Shown: positions 51,479 to 61,992, counted from the first letter of the stretch. The stretch is DNA of 64,000 bases from Promethearchaeota archaeon Loki_b32 (GCA_005223125.1 NJBH01000017.1:1-64000), one strand, 5' to 3'. Notes: generated by a model from the sequence alone, not told the origin. Numbers and translations: made by a program.

Positions 51479-52888
51479 ATGACTGTTCCAGATTTAAAAA
51501 CTATAGATATTAAATTGGAGAAACCAGAAAATTCAAAAGGGGAAAAACAAGTAATTATCAGAGTAAAGGATCTTAAAACATATTTTCCTATATATGGTGG
51601 TTTATTCAAACGTAAAATTGGTGAAGTCAAAGCTGTCGATGGGGTTACTTTTAATTTTTATAAAAATGAGACTTTAGGATTGGTAGGAGAGAGTGGGTGT
51701 GGCAAAACAACAATTGGAAATACCATTTTAAATTTAGTTCATAATAATGATGGAGAGATCTATTATGAAGACAGAAGGATTGATCATGAAAGAATGCAAG
51801 GAATATGGGAAAGAATAGCTCAAAAATTCAGCGATATGTATATCAGGGCTTTACCAATCATTTCTGGGAAATATAAAGGAAAAATCAATTCATGGATGAC
51901 TAAAATACCATCTACTAAAACTTCTTCGTTTTTAATCAGTTTAGTTTTTGTTTTTTTGACAAGTTTTGGTGTGGTTTTTAGTGCAGGCTATTTCGGAGTA
52001 ACAGCAGCTTTCATAATTGGTCTAGGTCTTTTATCTATTCTAGTTATGGTTCTAGCTATCTTATCGACTAATTTTTCTTATACCAAAGTAAAATCCAGGG
52101 TTAAACAAATTCAAAAGGATTTACTGGTTGACAAATTTATTCGAAAAAGAATTCAAATGGTATTTCAAGATCCAGATGCTTCTTTAAACCCACGCTGGAA
52201 AGTGGTAAATATAATAGGTGAACCGCTAAAAATCTTAGAAGGTATAACAAAAAGAAGATTGATTAGAAAAAGAGTTCTAGAACTACTAGAAATAGTTTCA
52301 ATGAAAAGAGAACACTTAGATCGATATCCACATGAGTTTTCTGGGGGTCAAAAACAAAGAATCGTGATTGCTAGGGCATTAGCATGTAATCCTAAAGTAA
52401 TCGTTTTAGATGAACCTACATCAGCCCTCGATGTTTCAGTACAAGCTCAAATTTTAAATTTATTAAAAGACCTTCAAACACAATTCGACTTATCATTTCT
52501 ATTCATAACTCATGATCTTAGTGTAGTACAACATATAGCTGATAGAATTCTCGTAATGTATCTTGGTAAATTTGTCGAGACAGGAACTATTGAGGAAGTA
52601 TTTTACAATCCTACACATCCATACACTATAGCTTTATTATCAGCAAGACCCACATTCGATCCTAGTTCAAAAAGTAATAGAATTATATTAGAAGGTGATG
52701 TTCCTAGCCCTATAAATCCACCTACAGGCTGTGCATTTCACCCTAGATGTCCCGAAAAAGATAAGCATATAGGTTGTGGTGTAGAAAACCCTAGAAAAAT
52801 TCATATAGGTGGAGACCATTATATAATGTGTTTACCCTTTAAGAAAGAAAGTAAATCCTATGAAGGAATGCAATATATTTCTGATTAA
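51479..52888 (+). CDS. dppF: peptide ABC transporter ATPase with a hydrophobic (TM-like) insertion
   Basis: GESGCGKT, FSGGQKQR, LDEPTSALD, GCAFHPRC. Confidence 0.93.
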   Translation: MTVPDLKTIDIKLEKPENSKGEKQVIIRVKDLKTYFPIYGGLFKRKIGEVKAVDGVTFNFYKNETLGLVGESGCGKTTIGNTILNLVHNNDGEIYYEDRRIDHERMQGIWERIAQKFSDMYIRALPIISGKYKGKINSWMTKIPSTKTSSFLISLVFVFLTSFGVVFSAGYFGVTAAFIIGLGLLSILVMVLAILSTNFSYTKVKSRVKQIQKDLLVDKFIRKRIQMVFQDPDASLNPRWKVVNIIGEPLKILEGITKRRLIRKRVLELLEIVSMKREHLDRYPHEFSGGQKQRIVIARALACNPKVIVLDEPTSALDVSVQAQILNLLKDLQTQFDLSFLFITHDLSVVQHIADRILVMYLGKFVETGTIEEVFYNPTHPYTIALLSARPTFDPSSKSNRIILEGDVPSPINPPTGCAFHPRCPEKDKHIGCGVENPRKIHIGGDHYIMCLPFKKESKSYEGMQYISD

Positions 52889-53024
52889 TTTTTATATTTC
52901 TATTCAACTTAATATTTTTTATATTATTATTTTTACTTTATTTTTCAATTATTCTTCATAATTTAAGTTATATTTTGATTAAAATTTAGAAATAAAGTTA
53001 AATGATTCTTTTTTTTTTCACCTA

Positions 53025-54197
53025 ATGAACCCAAAAAAATCTCAAGTATTTATTGTTAAAACTTCGCCTAAAACAGTCTTGGATGATTATAAAAATTTAA
53101 TGCAACTTACGAATTATGAAAAATTATATAATAAAGATGAAAACATAATAATAAAATTAAATTTAAGTTGGTCTAAATTCTTTCCCGCATGTTCTAGCCC
53201 ACCATGGCAAGTAGAAGGAGTATTGAAAACAATGGTTGAAGATGGGTACAATCCAAAGAAAATATTCTCCGCTGAAAATAAAACTGTAGTAACAAATATA
53301 GAAAAAGGATTAAAGGGCAATAAGTGGGGCCCAATTTTCGATAAATACGGGGTGTGGTTTGTTCCTTTAACTCGAATCCCATTTGTACCTTACGAATCTC
53401 TAAGATCCAAATTTCTTACACTAAAAAATAAAAGGTTACATGCTTTAGATTCAAAAATTTTTCCCGAAGGTTTTCTTATTCCGAAGTTTTATGTTGGCAA
53501 ACCGATAATACATCTCCCAACTATGAAAACTCATGGTCATACTGGAGCTATTGGTGGGTCTTTAAAAAAGACAAGTGGAAAAATGAAGCATGGTGGTATA
53601 ACATGCGCCATGAAAAATGCTTTTGGAGGTCTTTTGACAAAAAGAAGGCATTTTTCACATCAATATATGTCTGAAGTATTAGTAGACTTACTTATCATTC
53701 AAAAACAAATTCACCCAAACATATTAGCAATCGTAGATGGAACTGTATGTGGTGATGGAGCAGGACCAAGAACAATGATTCCCCATATTAAAAACTTTAT
53801 TATTGCTGGTTATGATCAAGTTGCAGTTGATACGGTTGTAGCCAAAATGATGGGGTTTGAACCTTTAGAATTACCAGCAATAAGAATGGCTCACGAAGAA
53901 GGTTTGGGATGTGGAGATTTCAACCAAGTTGAAATTATTGGAGATGATGTATCGAATATAAACTGGAATTTTAAAGTAAAACGCAGTATAGTTATTTGGG
54001 GAGACCAAATGGTACGTAAAGGACGATTACAATTTCTTTATCCTCTTTTTAAAAACAAACTCTTCTTTTTAGGACCTACTTATGCTTCCATGATATATCA
54101 TGACATGTTCTGGTATCCTACTATTGGTAAACGAAGAATTAAGAAATTTTTTCAAACTGAATGGGGTAAAATCTTCTGTAATTATCCTAAAAAATAA
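53025..54197 (+). CDS. DUF362 family (putative Fe-S) protein
   Basis: IKLNLSW, LPTMKTH, AMKNAFG, IVDGTVCGDGAGP, DQVAVD. Confidence 0.8.
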   Translation: MNPKKSQVFIVKTSPKTVLDDYKNLMQLTNYEKLYNKDENIIIKLNLSWSKFFPACSSPPWQVEGVLKTMVEDGYNPKKIFSAENKTVVTNIEKGLKGNKWGPIFDKYGVWFVPLTRIPFVPYESLRSKFLTLKNKRLHALDSKIFPEGFLIPKFYVGKPIIHLPTMKTHGHTGAIGGSLKKTSGKMKHGGITCAMKNAFGGLLTKRRHFSHQYMSEVLVDLLIIQKQIHPNILAIVDGTVCGDGAGPRTMIPHIKNFIIAGYDQVAVDTVVAKMMGFEPLELPAIRMAHEEGLGCGDFNQVEIIGDDVSNINWNFKVKRSIVIWGDQMVRKGRLQFLYPLFKNKLFFLGPTYASMIYHDMFWYPTIGKRRIKKFFQTEWGKIFCNYPKK

Positions 54198-54243
54198 AGT
54201 GATTTCTAAGGATAAATTTATTTTCAATATAACATAAAAACAA

Positions 54244-55026
54244 TTATTTTACAATATCCTTTATCATTTTAATGAAATTTAAACTTGCAGTATGTTTTTT
54301 CAATTTCAAATGAATAAGAAATTCTAATGAACCCTCTTTACCTAATATTGGCGATTTTATGATTCCTAATGTGAAAATTTGATTTTCTCTATTCCATTGA
54401 ATTAGATTTTTGAGAATTTCAAAAAGTTGATTAGGATCTTGTATAACATCAAACTTATCTTTTTTATGAAATTCTGTTTCAAATATTGGTTTTACTAATG
54501 CAATAATATCTCCGTCCTCTTTGAGGACTCGCTTTACATTTGGCAAAATTGTTCTTAATGAGGCAAAAGTAACATCTATCGTACAGATATCAAGTTTTTC
54601 TTTAATGGGTATTAAGTTACGAGCATCTAGGCCAGATATAGGTATAATTTTATCTTTAATCTTTTCTTTCTTTAGTGATGGGTGAAGCAAATCGATGGCA
54701 GTATCGATTGCATATACTCTAGATGCACCATGTTTTAATAAACAATCTGTAAAGCCACCTACAGACGAGCCAATATCAGCACATGTCTTTCCTTTTGGTG
54801 AAATTGAAAATATATTTAATGCTGCTTCTAATTTTATACCACCACGACTAACATATGGGAAATTCTTCTTTAATTGAATTTCTTGATTAATATCTACTAA
54901 TTTTCCAGGTTTTATTACTTTTTTTCCATTAATAAAGACATAACCATTTTTTATTAACCATTGCACTTTAGTTCTACTTTCCACTAAATTTTTTTCTACT
55001 AATATGAAATCAATTCGCTTTTTCAT
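54244..55026 (-). CDS. tlyA: TlyA family rRNA 2'-O-methyltransferase (S4 + FtsJ domains)
   Basis: RIDFILVEKNLVESR, YVSRGGIKL, DIGSSVGGFTDCLL, LVKPIFE. Confidence 0.9.
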   Translation of the reverse strand: MKKRIDFILVEKNLVESRTKVQWLIKNGYVFINGKKVIKPGKLVDINQEIQLKKNFPYVSRGGIKLEAALNIFSISPKGKTCADIGSSVGGFTDCLLKHGASRVYAIDTAIDLLHPSLKKEKIKDKIIPISGLDARNLIPIKEKLDICTIDVTFASLRTILPNVKRVLKEDGDIIALVKPIFETEFHKKDKFDVIQDPNQLFEILKNLIQWNRENQIFTLGIIKSPILGKEGSLEFLIHLKLKKHTASLNFIKMIKDIVK

Positions 55027-55692
55027 TGTATATTCATCTTATTATGTCTTTTGTGTAATCTTTCTTCAACTTTCAACGCATAACCTAAGCTTAATTTTCC
55101 AATCTGCACCTTTATTGATGCCTTCCCTTCCCATGTTTTAAATATAATCCTTAATAAAATTCCCATAAATATAAATGCTCCTGCTATGAAAAACCAAATA
55201 TTAATAACGTTCAATTGTTGGAAAAACAAGAAATACAAGAAATTATGTGCTAAATAAATTGTTAGAGAGTAGTATGAATAATAAAATAAGAATTTATAAC
55301 TTTTGTGAGGTCTAATTATCTCAAAAACTTCAAAAATTAAAAATATAGAAATTAGAACCACATCAATTCCTATTGAATAAATTGCCCACGAAAAACTTCT
55401 TCTCATCAAAAACCTAGGAAAATTTAACAAAATACCAAAAGCTATTAAAAAGATTCCACATAATATGGAGGGAATCAAAAAGTTATGTCCAAAAGCTCTC
55501 TTTTTGTCTTCTTCACTTTGATTTACAAATAATGTATGAAAAAGAGTATCTCCAATTACGGTTCCAAATAGGAAAGAAGGGAAGAAAGTGAGTATTGGAT
55601 CTTGGTTAATATTATGATATAAGATATGAAAAAATAAGCCAAATAAATTGGAATCACCTTCATATGGTAATAATATTGATAGTATAATTACA
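55023..55692 (-). pseudogene. 5'-truncated paralogue of the adjacent membrane acyltransferase-like gene
   Basis: DPILTFFP..GTVIGD and KSYKFLFYYSYYSLTIYLAHN match only the C-terminal part of 55693..56796; homology starts at the upstream gene's stop codon. Confidence 0.7.
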
Positions 55693-56796
55693 TTAATCTC
55701 TATTTTTCCTTTTCTCCAGTTCCTTAGATAAACCCAATGCCAATTTACCAATTTGAATTTTTAGTGAGAAAGAAGAGCCATACTTTTTATATAAAAACTT
55801 TAGTAATATTACATACAGAATAATTGCGACTGTTACAAAAAGCCAAAAATGACCCTCACTCATTTGACCATAAAAAAGAAAATATAAAACATTATGGCTT
55901 AAATAAACGGTCAAAGAAAAGTATGAATAATAAAACAAGAATTTATAACTTTTACTCGTGCTAAATATTCCATACGCTTCCAGTGTTAACAAAACTGACA
56001 TAAAAATTAAGCATACTCCCAATGAAAAATAAATCCAATAAAAGTTTTTACCTTGAAAAAATTCAGGAAATATAAATATAATAGTAAAAACAATTAAACC
56101 AATTCCTATTATCAATGAAGGGAATAATATTTTTTTCTTAACAGCTTGCTTTTTTTCTTTTTGATCTTCCATATTAAAGATCTCTAAAATAAGATCTCCT
56201 ATCACTGTACCGATTAGGAAAAAAGGAAAAGCGGCTAAAATTGGATCTAATTCTATGGTATTGTATAAAACAAAATATAATATTCCATAAAAATTTGGCT
56301 TATTTTTGTACTGAGCTAATAACCAAAATATAAAATCGTTTAGAAAGAAAATTATTATAGCCAATATAATCCTTAATGATTTTGATTTTTTCAATAACGG
56401 CCATGCCATAAAAAGGGAAACTGCTATTGATAATAACATGAACCATGTCCATATTATTAAAGGATTCATTACTCTAATTGCTACAAAAATGTTATAAACT
56501 AAAGCTATTGCCAAGATTAACAGGGCTCTAAAAAGATATTCATTTCTTAACATTTGTAAAGTATAAGTCTCTGATATTTTCTTAATTCTATTATCATATG
56601 AAATGAAAGTGCTAATACCAGAAATGAACATGAACATACCACCTGAAGAACGATCTATAAAGGAACTTGTAATGATATTTAAAGTTGAATTTGGGCCATT
56701 TATTATCCACCAATCCCTTAAATGTACCCACACCATTATGGCCAAGTTTAAACCACGAAAAATATCAATGGCTTTTAATCTCTTCATCGTTAACAC
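55693..56796 (-). CDS. DUF1624 / heparan-alpha-glucosaminide N-acetyltransferase-like membrane protein
   Basis: RLKAIDIFRG...MVWVH, FMFISGIS, SLTVYLSH. Confidence 0.75.
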   Translation of the reverse strand: MLTMKRLKAIDIFRGLNLAIMVWVHLRDWWIINGPNSTLNIITSSFIDRSSGGMFMFISGISTFISYDNRIKKISETYTLQMLRNEYLFRALLILAIALVYNIFVAIRVMNPLIIWTWFMLLSIAVSLFMAWPLLKKSKSLRIILAIIIFFLNDFIFWLLAQYKNKPNFYGILYFVLYNTIELDPILAAFPFFLIGTVIGDLILEIFNMEDQKEKKQAVKKKILFPSLIIGIGLIVFTIIFIFPEFFQGKNFYWIYFSLGVCLIFMSVLLTLEAYGIFSTSKSYKFLFYYSYFSLTVYLSHNVLYFLFYGQMSEGHFWLFVTVAIILYVILLKFLYKKYGSSFSLKIQIGKLALGLSKELEKRKNRD

Positions 56797-56813
56797 ATTT
56801 TTTTCTCTTGTTA

Positions 56814-57689
56814 TTAAATATAATTAAATTGGTTATAATTACTGTTTTTTGCCATTTTTATTAATTTTATAGATTTACTTAATGATAAATTGCCCAATAA
56901 GACATTTTCAGCAATCTCAATTAGTCTTTGGTCAATTTCCTCATTATCATCCACGGAATTCTCATGAAATTCTTCAGTTTTCATCTTATTATGGCTTTTT
57001 TGTTTTATAATCGTTTGATAATTCTGAGATGTAATTTCAAAACCGTCTCTGAGTGAGATAATCAAGGCAGCTGCTTCATCTTTTGGAATTTTTTTTTTAG
57101 ATTCATCTCGAATTTTATATTTGGAAGTTTTTGATTCATCGATTAATAATACTCTCAACCATTCTTTATTAAAATTTTTAAATATTTCCTCAATTAGTTT
57201 TTGAGTTATAGGCATAATACCTCTTCCAAATTTAAATATTAATTTTAAGGGATTTGGATTGCCTTCTTGAAGTGCAAAAAAATATGTCTGGATTATATTA
57301 ATTAATTTATCATAATCATAAATCGTATGAGAATTTAAATAATAATCATCTAGAAAAATAACTAACCCTAAATGTTTCGTGCCAGGGTCAATTGAAAAAA
57401 TTAATTCTGAATAATTTTTTTTCCCTATTTTTTTTCCCGCTAAAACTTTTACAATATATTGCTCAAAATTGTCTTCTTTCGCATAAGGGAGGATCTTACT
57501 TTTTATCTTATCTACATTTTTAAAATTATTCATTTCTTTTAAAGTTGAAAGAATAATAGAGTTTGGAATATTTGGGATTTTGTTTCCTATATTTAACACT
57601 TCAAATTTAACTTGTAGACGTTCTAACTCCTTATTTAATCGATAGAAAAAATTTAAATCCTCCGTTAACACAAATATATTAGTTCTCAA
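56814..57689 (-). CDS. hypothetical protein with an RNase H-like (YqgF/RuvC-like) domain
   Basis: FSIDPGTKHLGLVI, LIDESKTS, DEAAALII. Confidence 0.6.
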   Translation of the reverse strand: MRTNIFVLTEDLNFFYRLNKELERLQVKFEVLNIGNKIPNIPNSIILSTLKEMNNFKNVDKIKSKILPYAKEDNFEQYIVKVLAGKKIGKKNYSELIFSIDPGTKHLGLVIFLDDYYLNSHTIYDYDKLINIIQTYFFALQEGNPNPLKLIFKFGRGIMPITQKLIEEIFKNFNKEWLRVLLIDESKTSKYKIRDESKKKIPKDEAAALIISLRDGFEITSQNYQTIIKQKSHNKMKTEEFHENSVDDNEEIDQRLIEIAENVLLGNLSLSKSIKLIKMAKNSNYNQFNYI

Positions 57690-57733
57690 ATTATAATTAT
57701 AAATATTAGATAAAATTAATAATTTCTAATTAC

Positions 57734-58423
57734 ATGAAATTTCCCACTTTAGAGTTAAATAAATGGATTAATTCCATAAAAATTTTGAAAGGAATTTTTT
57801 CAGTATTTGGGGATTTTGGTGTTGGAAAAACTACATTTGCGCTCCAAACTGCAATAAATACAGCTAAAATTGGAAAAAATGTTATATATGTCTATACTAA
57901 ACCCAATTTCCCCTCGGAAAAAATCCAATTGATTAAGAAAGACTCTAAAGAAATTTTAGATAACATAATATTTGTTCATATAACAAATTTTGATGAATTA
58001 TATCGTGTTATTTTTAATTTCGAATTTTTAGTATTAAACTTCTTGAATGAGAAAATGAACAAATTGAACTTTATTATAATAGATTCAATAACGAATTTGT
58101 ATAATTTAGAATTAAATAAAGATAATAAAAAAAAGAATTATAACCGAAATTATCAACTAAATCAAATTTTGGCTAACTTAACTTATCTAAATGAAAGTTA
58201 TGGCATTGAAATATTGATAGTTAATGAGATAAGCAGAAAAATTAGAGAGAATCAAATAATCGAGGTTCAAAGTGGAGGAAAAGTTATGGAATTCTGGGTA
58301 AAATATAATTTAAAAATAAATAAGACCAACAAATTAAATGAGAGAAAATTCATTTTCAACAATATTCCAGAAAAGCAATCAATTGTATTCAATTCAAATT
58401 TGAGAGAAAAAGGATTTGAATAA
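57734..58423 (+). CDS. RadB-like RecA-superfamily ATPase
   Basis: GDFGVGKT, IIIDSIT, ILIVNE, SGGKVMEFW. Confidence 0.75.
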   Translation: MKFPTLELNKWINSIKILKGIFSVFGDFGVGKTTFALQTAINTAKIGKNVIYVYTKPNFPSEKIQLIKKDSKEILDNIIFVHITNFDELYRVIFNFEFLVLNFLNEKMNKLNFIIIDSITNLYNLELNKDNKKKNYNRNYQLNQILANLTYLNESYGIEILIVNEISRKIRENQIIEVQSGGKVMEFWVKYNLKINKTNKLNERKFIFNNIPEKQSIVFNSNLREKGFE

Positions 58424-58475
58424 TATTAATAAGTCAATTTCGGTTGTTTTCAAATAATTTATTAAATAGTGAACT

Positions 58476-59705
58476 ATGTTAAAAAAAGATCTTATTTTAA
58501 TTAAAGAAGGTTTAACAGAATTTTACATCCATAATATTGATCAAGAAGCAGTCCCCTCAAAGTCAATGAATGTCTTTTATAATAAGCGAATGGAGATTAA
58601 CCGTGATATTTCAATTTTGGCCATTAATGCGTATAATGAATTATATCACCAAAAAAATCTTATCATTATTGATTCTATGGCAGCATCAGGGATTAGCTCA
58701 ATTAGGATGATAAATGAATGCAAGAATATTAAAAAGATTTTTATTAATGATATTAACCCTGAAGCTGTTAAACTAATAAAGAAAAACATTAAATTAAACA
58801 ATCTTGAAAAAATCCCAATTCAAATAGAAATCAGCCAAAAAGATGCAAATCTCCTTTTTTCTGAAATTGCCACTAATAAAGGTAAACATTCAAGTGAAAC
58901 AGAAAAAAAACCAAATGTAATTTCAATTGATCCTTTTGGTACTCCAAATCTTTATACTGACTCTGCTTTCAAGGCATTACAAAATATAAATGGTTTAATG
59001 TGTATTACCGCTACAGATACAGCGGTTTTATTTGGAGTACGCCCCAATGTATGTTTTAGGAAATATTTGGCTAAACCGCTTTATACAGAATATTCTAAGG
59101 AAATTGGAGGACGAATTTTATTATATTTCATTTCTCGAATAGCTAATATTAATAAGATGGGAATAATACCCTTATTAACCTTCTACTCTGGTCATTTTAT
59201 CAGAGTATTTTGTTTAACATTTAAAAATAAAAAGCAAATTTCAAAATCTTTTGAAAATTTTGGGTATATTATTCACTGTAAAAATTGTGGATATCGATCC
59301 TCTATTAATAATAGTATTTTAAAAATACCCAAAGAATGTCCTGGATGCAGGAATAGAGAAAATCTTGATTATGCTGGCCCTTTATGGATAGGTAGAATTC
59401 ATGAAATTAATTTTATTAATAAAATGCTTAAATTAAATGAAATTTCTAAAATAAATTATAAAAAAAGGATAGAAAAACTCTTAACATTCGCTATTGAAGA
59501 AAATAATAAGCCCCTTTCTTATTTCAACCTTCATAAACTCAGTCAAATTTTAAAACTTACTTCTGTTCCAAAAATTAAAAATGTCATCAATATAATTAAA
59601 CAAAAGGGTTACCAAGCTTCGAGGACTCATTTTGATTTATTGTCAATAAAAAGTGACTTGGATATATCCTTATTAAAAAAAATTCTAATCGATACACAAA
59701 AGTGA
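58476..59705 (+). CDS. trm1: tRNA (guanine-26,N2)-dimethyltransferase
   Basis: VFYNKRMEINRDIS, NDIN, IDPFGTP, ITATD, CxxC..CxxC, AGPLWIG, SRTHF. Confidence 0.95.
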   Translation: MLKKDLILIKEGLTEFYIHNIDQEAVPSKSMNVFYNKRMEINRDISILAINAYNELYHQKNLIIIDSMAASGISSIRMINECKNIKKIFINDINPEAVKLIKKNIKLNNLEKIPIQIEISQKDANLLFSEIATNKGKHSSETEKKPNVISIDPFGTPNLYTDSAFKALQNINGLMCITATDTAVLFGVRPNVCFRKYLAKPLYTEYSKEIGGRILLYFISRIANINKMGIIPLLTFYSGHFIRVFCLTFKNKKQISKSFENFGYIIHCKNCGYRSSINNSILKIPKECPGCRNRENLDYAGPLWIGRIHEINFINKMLKLNEISKINYKKRIEKLLTFAIEENNKPLSYFNLHKLSQILKLTSVPKIKNVINIIKQKGYQASRTHFDLLSIKSDLDISLLKKILIDTQK

Positions 59706-59719
59706 TTATGTAGTATAAA

Positions 59720-60358
59720 ATGGCAAATCATAAAGATTTTCATAAAAAAGAAACCTATTACAAACAAGCCAAAGTAGATGGCTATCGCGCAAGATCTGCC
59801 TATAAATTATTTGATATTCAAAAAAGGTTCAACATTTTTAGAAGAGCATTTTATATATTAGATATAGGATGCGCTCCGGGTTCATGGTTACAAGTAGCAA
59901 AAAAGTATGCCGAAGAGAATCTAGTTAGATACAGCGATCAACACTATCATCGAGATCATTATAAGATAATGGGTGTTGATATTAAGAAAACATCACCTAT
60001 TGAAAATGTTAATATTGTAAAAGCAGATATTACGAAACTAGAAATCCAAACAAAATTTAATCTATTCTTTCAAAGTAAATTAGATTTAATCTTATCAGAT
60101 GCTTCAATAAAGAAGACTGGAAATAAATTCACTGACCATTTAAAACAATTAGATCTTTGTTATAAAATAATGGAAATTGTAAGAAATAATTTAAAATTTA
60201 AAGGTAATCTAATACTTAAGGCTTTCCAAGGTTCCGATTTTGTTAAATTTACCAAAGAAGTGAAACCATTATTTAAAATTTTAAAATCATATAAACCTAT
60301 GTCTTCCAAAAAAAAAAGTAATGAGATTTTTATTATTGGTTTACAAAAAAAAAATTAA
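59720..60358 (+). CDS. rlmE: 23S rRNA 2'-O-methyltransferase RlmE/FtsJ
   Basis: YRARSAYKL, DIGCAPGSWLQ, LSD, KAFQG, SNE. Confidence 0.92.
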   Translation: MANHKDFHKKETYYKQAKVDGYRARSAYKLFDIQKRFNIFRRAFYILDIGCAPGSWLQVAKKYAEENLVRYSDQHYHRDHYKIMGVDIKKTSPIENVNIVKADITKLEIQTKFNLFFQSKLDLILSDASIKKTGNKFTDHLKQLDLCYKIMEIVRNNLKFKGNLILKAFQGSDFVKFTKEVKPLFKILKSYKPMSSKKKSNEIFIIGLQKKN

Positions 60359-60966
60359 ATATCTTGCAATCTAGCCTCAATTTCATCAAAATTTATGCTA
60401 TAGTCTTCTCCATTTGAAGCTAATTCAATCCATTCAGTTAACCAAGGGCAATGTTGTGGATTAAATTGATCAAGATTAGTGTCGTTACATTTATCTCGAA
60501 AGGGACATATGAAACAAGGCTGTCTAGAAAACATAATCCAAATAAAATCCTTTTCATTTTTATTAATTTTCAGATTTTTAATTTTTACATCAATTTCCTC
60601 AAGTGCATAGATATGTTTTGTCCATGAGGCATCAACTAATTCTCGGATCATTTTAATTTTTGATTGTAATAATAATAATTCTAAGATAGTTTCTAAATCG
60701 TTACGTTTTTTATTACTTAATTCCATTAACCTGTTAAATAGTATATCTTTTTCGCGATTTATTATATTTAGAACTGTTTTTTCATCTTTTCTTAATGTTC
60801 GGTTGAATTTTTTCTTTTTTTCTTCAATTCTTTCTATTCTTCTCTCAACGTCCGATTTTTCTTCTAAAGGGCCTTCAACACGTTCTTTTATTTTACATTT
60901 ATGACGTGATAAATAAGCAAACCCTTTACCACAATAAGGGCAAATTTCTCTTTTTTTTTTTGCCAT
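60355..60966 (-). CDS. TFE-beta / RNA polymerase III C34-like Fe-S protein with an N-terminal zinc finger
   Basis: C-terminal PCFICPFRDKC-x12-CPWLTEW, a central winged-helix-like segment, N-terminal CPYC...HKC. Confidence 0.65.
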   Translation of the reverse strand: MAKKKREICPYCGKGFAYLSRHKCKIKERVEGPLEEKSDVERRIERIEEKKKKFNRTLRKDEKTVLNIINREKDILFNRLMELSNKKRNDLETILELLLLQSKIKMIRELVDASWTKHIYALEEIDVKIKNLKINKNEKDFIWIMFSRQPCFICPFRDKCNDTNLDQFNPQHCPWLTEWIELASNGEDYSINFDEIEARLQDI

Positions 60967-61154
60967 TGTAATGATTTGAGTTATTTTGATAAGTTTAAAT
61001 TAAAATCATAAAAATATAAGGACTATGATATAATCTTTATGAATATTTTAAAATTAATTTTACGATTTTTTAAGATTTAACATATATTTATGGCTAATTT
61101 TATATTAGTAATTTTAAATTGTATTTAAACTAGAGAGTTCATTAATAAATAACA

Positions 61155-61982
61155 ATGATGATCAATCAAATATTAGGAATCGATAAGCATCAAGTAATTA
61201 AACTACAAAATATACATGATACTCTCGAAATTAATAGAAATAAAATATATATTTTAGCTTCAGGAGCAAAAAATTTTGATGATACTATTGGAGGTGGTTT
61301 TTACAAAGGTAATAAATATTTGATTTTTGGAGCTAATAAAACAGGTAAAACCCAGTTATGTCATCAACTATGTGTTCAAGCTTTTATACAATTCTCTAAA
61401 ATTGTTAATAACTCTAAAATTAAGAATAAGCAATTTGTATTTTATTTTGATACGGAAAATACATTCAGACCTGAAAGAATAAAGGAGCTAATATTAAAGT
61501 ATAATGTCAATTACGATAAAATACTTAAAAATATTTTAGTTTCTAAAATTATGAGTAATTCTGCCTTCTTACTTTCATTAAAAGAACTCGAAAAATTCTT
61601 AGAAAAAAATACCATTACCATACTTATAATTGATTCAATAAATAACTACTATAATTCTGATTTAGCCAATAAAAGCATTTCCGTTAATAAAGCTAAAGAG
61701 ATTTTTTTGAGAATCTTAGCTTTAATAAATAAACTCACTTTAGAATATAGTTTAATTACCATAACTACAGCTCAAGTAACTTTAAATTTAAATAAAGATT
61801 CCCCCTTAAGAGTGCTTCCTGTCGGTAACTCCATTTTAAACCACTTTTTTTCAGAATATGTATATTTGGATTATAAAGAACAAGATAAAAGATATGTTCA
61901 ATTAGTAAATTCTATTAATCTTCCTGAAAAAAGACTACTTTACAAAATAACTTCTTCTGGAATTCAAGATTATAAAATTTAA
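61155..61982 (+). CDS. RadA/Rad51 paralogue lacking the N-terminal HhH domain
   Basis: DDTIGGG, GANKTGKTQLCHQL, DTENTFRPERI, LIIDSI. Confidence 0.85.
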   Translation: MMINQILGIDKHQVIKLQNIHDTLEINRNKIYILASGAKNFDDTIGGGFYKGNKYLIFGANKTGKTQLCHQLCVQAFIQFSKIVNNSKIKNKQFVFYFDTENTFRPERIKELILKYNVNYDKILKNILVSKIMSNSAFLLSLKELEKFLEKNTITILIIDSINNYYNSDLANKSISVNKAKEIFLRILALINKLTLEYSLITITTAQVTLNLNKDSPLRVLPVGNSILNHFFSEYVYLDYKEQDKRYVQLVNSINLPEKRLLYKITSSGIQDYKI

Positions 61983-61992
61983 TTTTTTAGTA

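Noticed and set aside
55693-55751. N-terminus MVNWHWVYLRNW... of ORF 55023..55751
   Set aside because: It is an alternate-frame read of the upstream gene's end, not a real start.
1760-56827. Short antisense or nested ORFs in the track (e.g. 5961..6344, 7613..8098, 9167..9457, 32905..33204, 44968..45258)
   Set aside because: They lie wholly within well-supported genes and have shadow-ORF composition.
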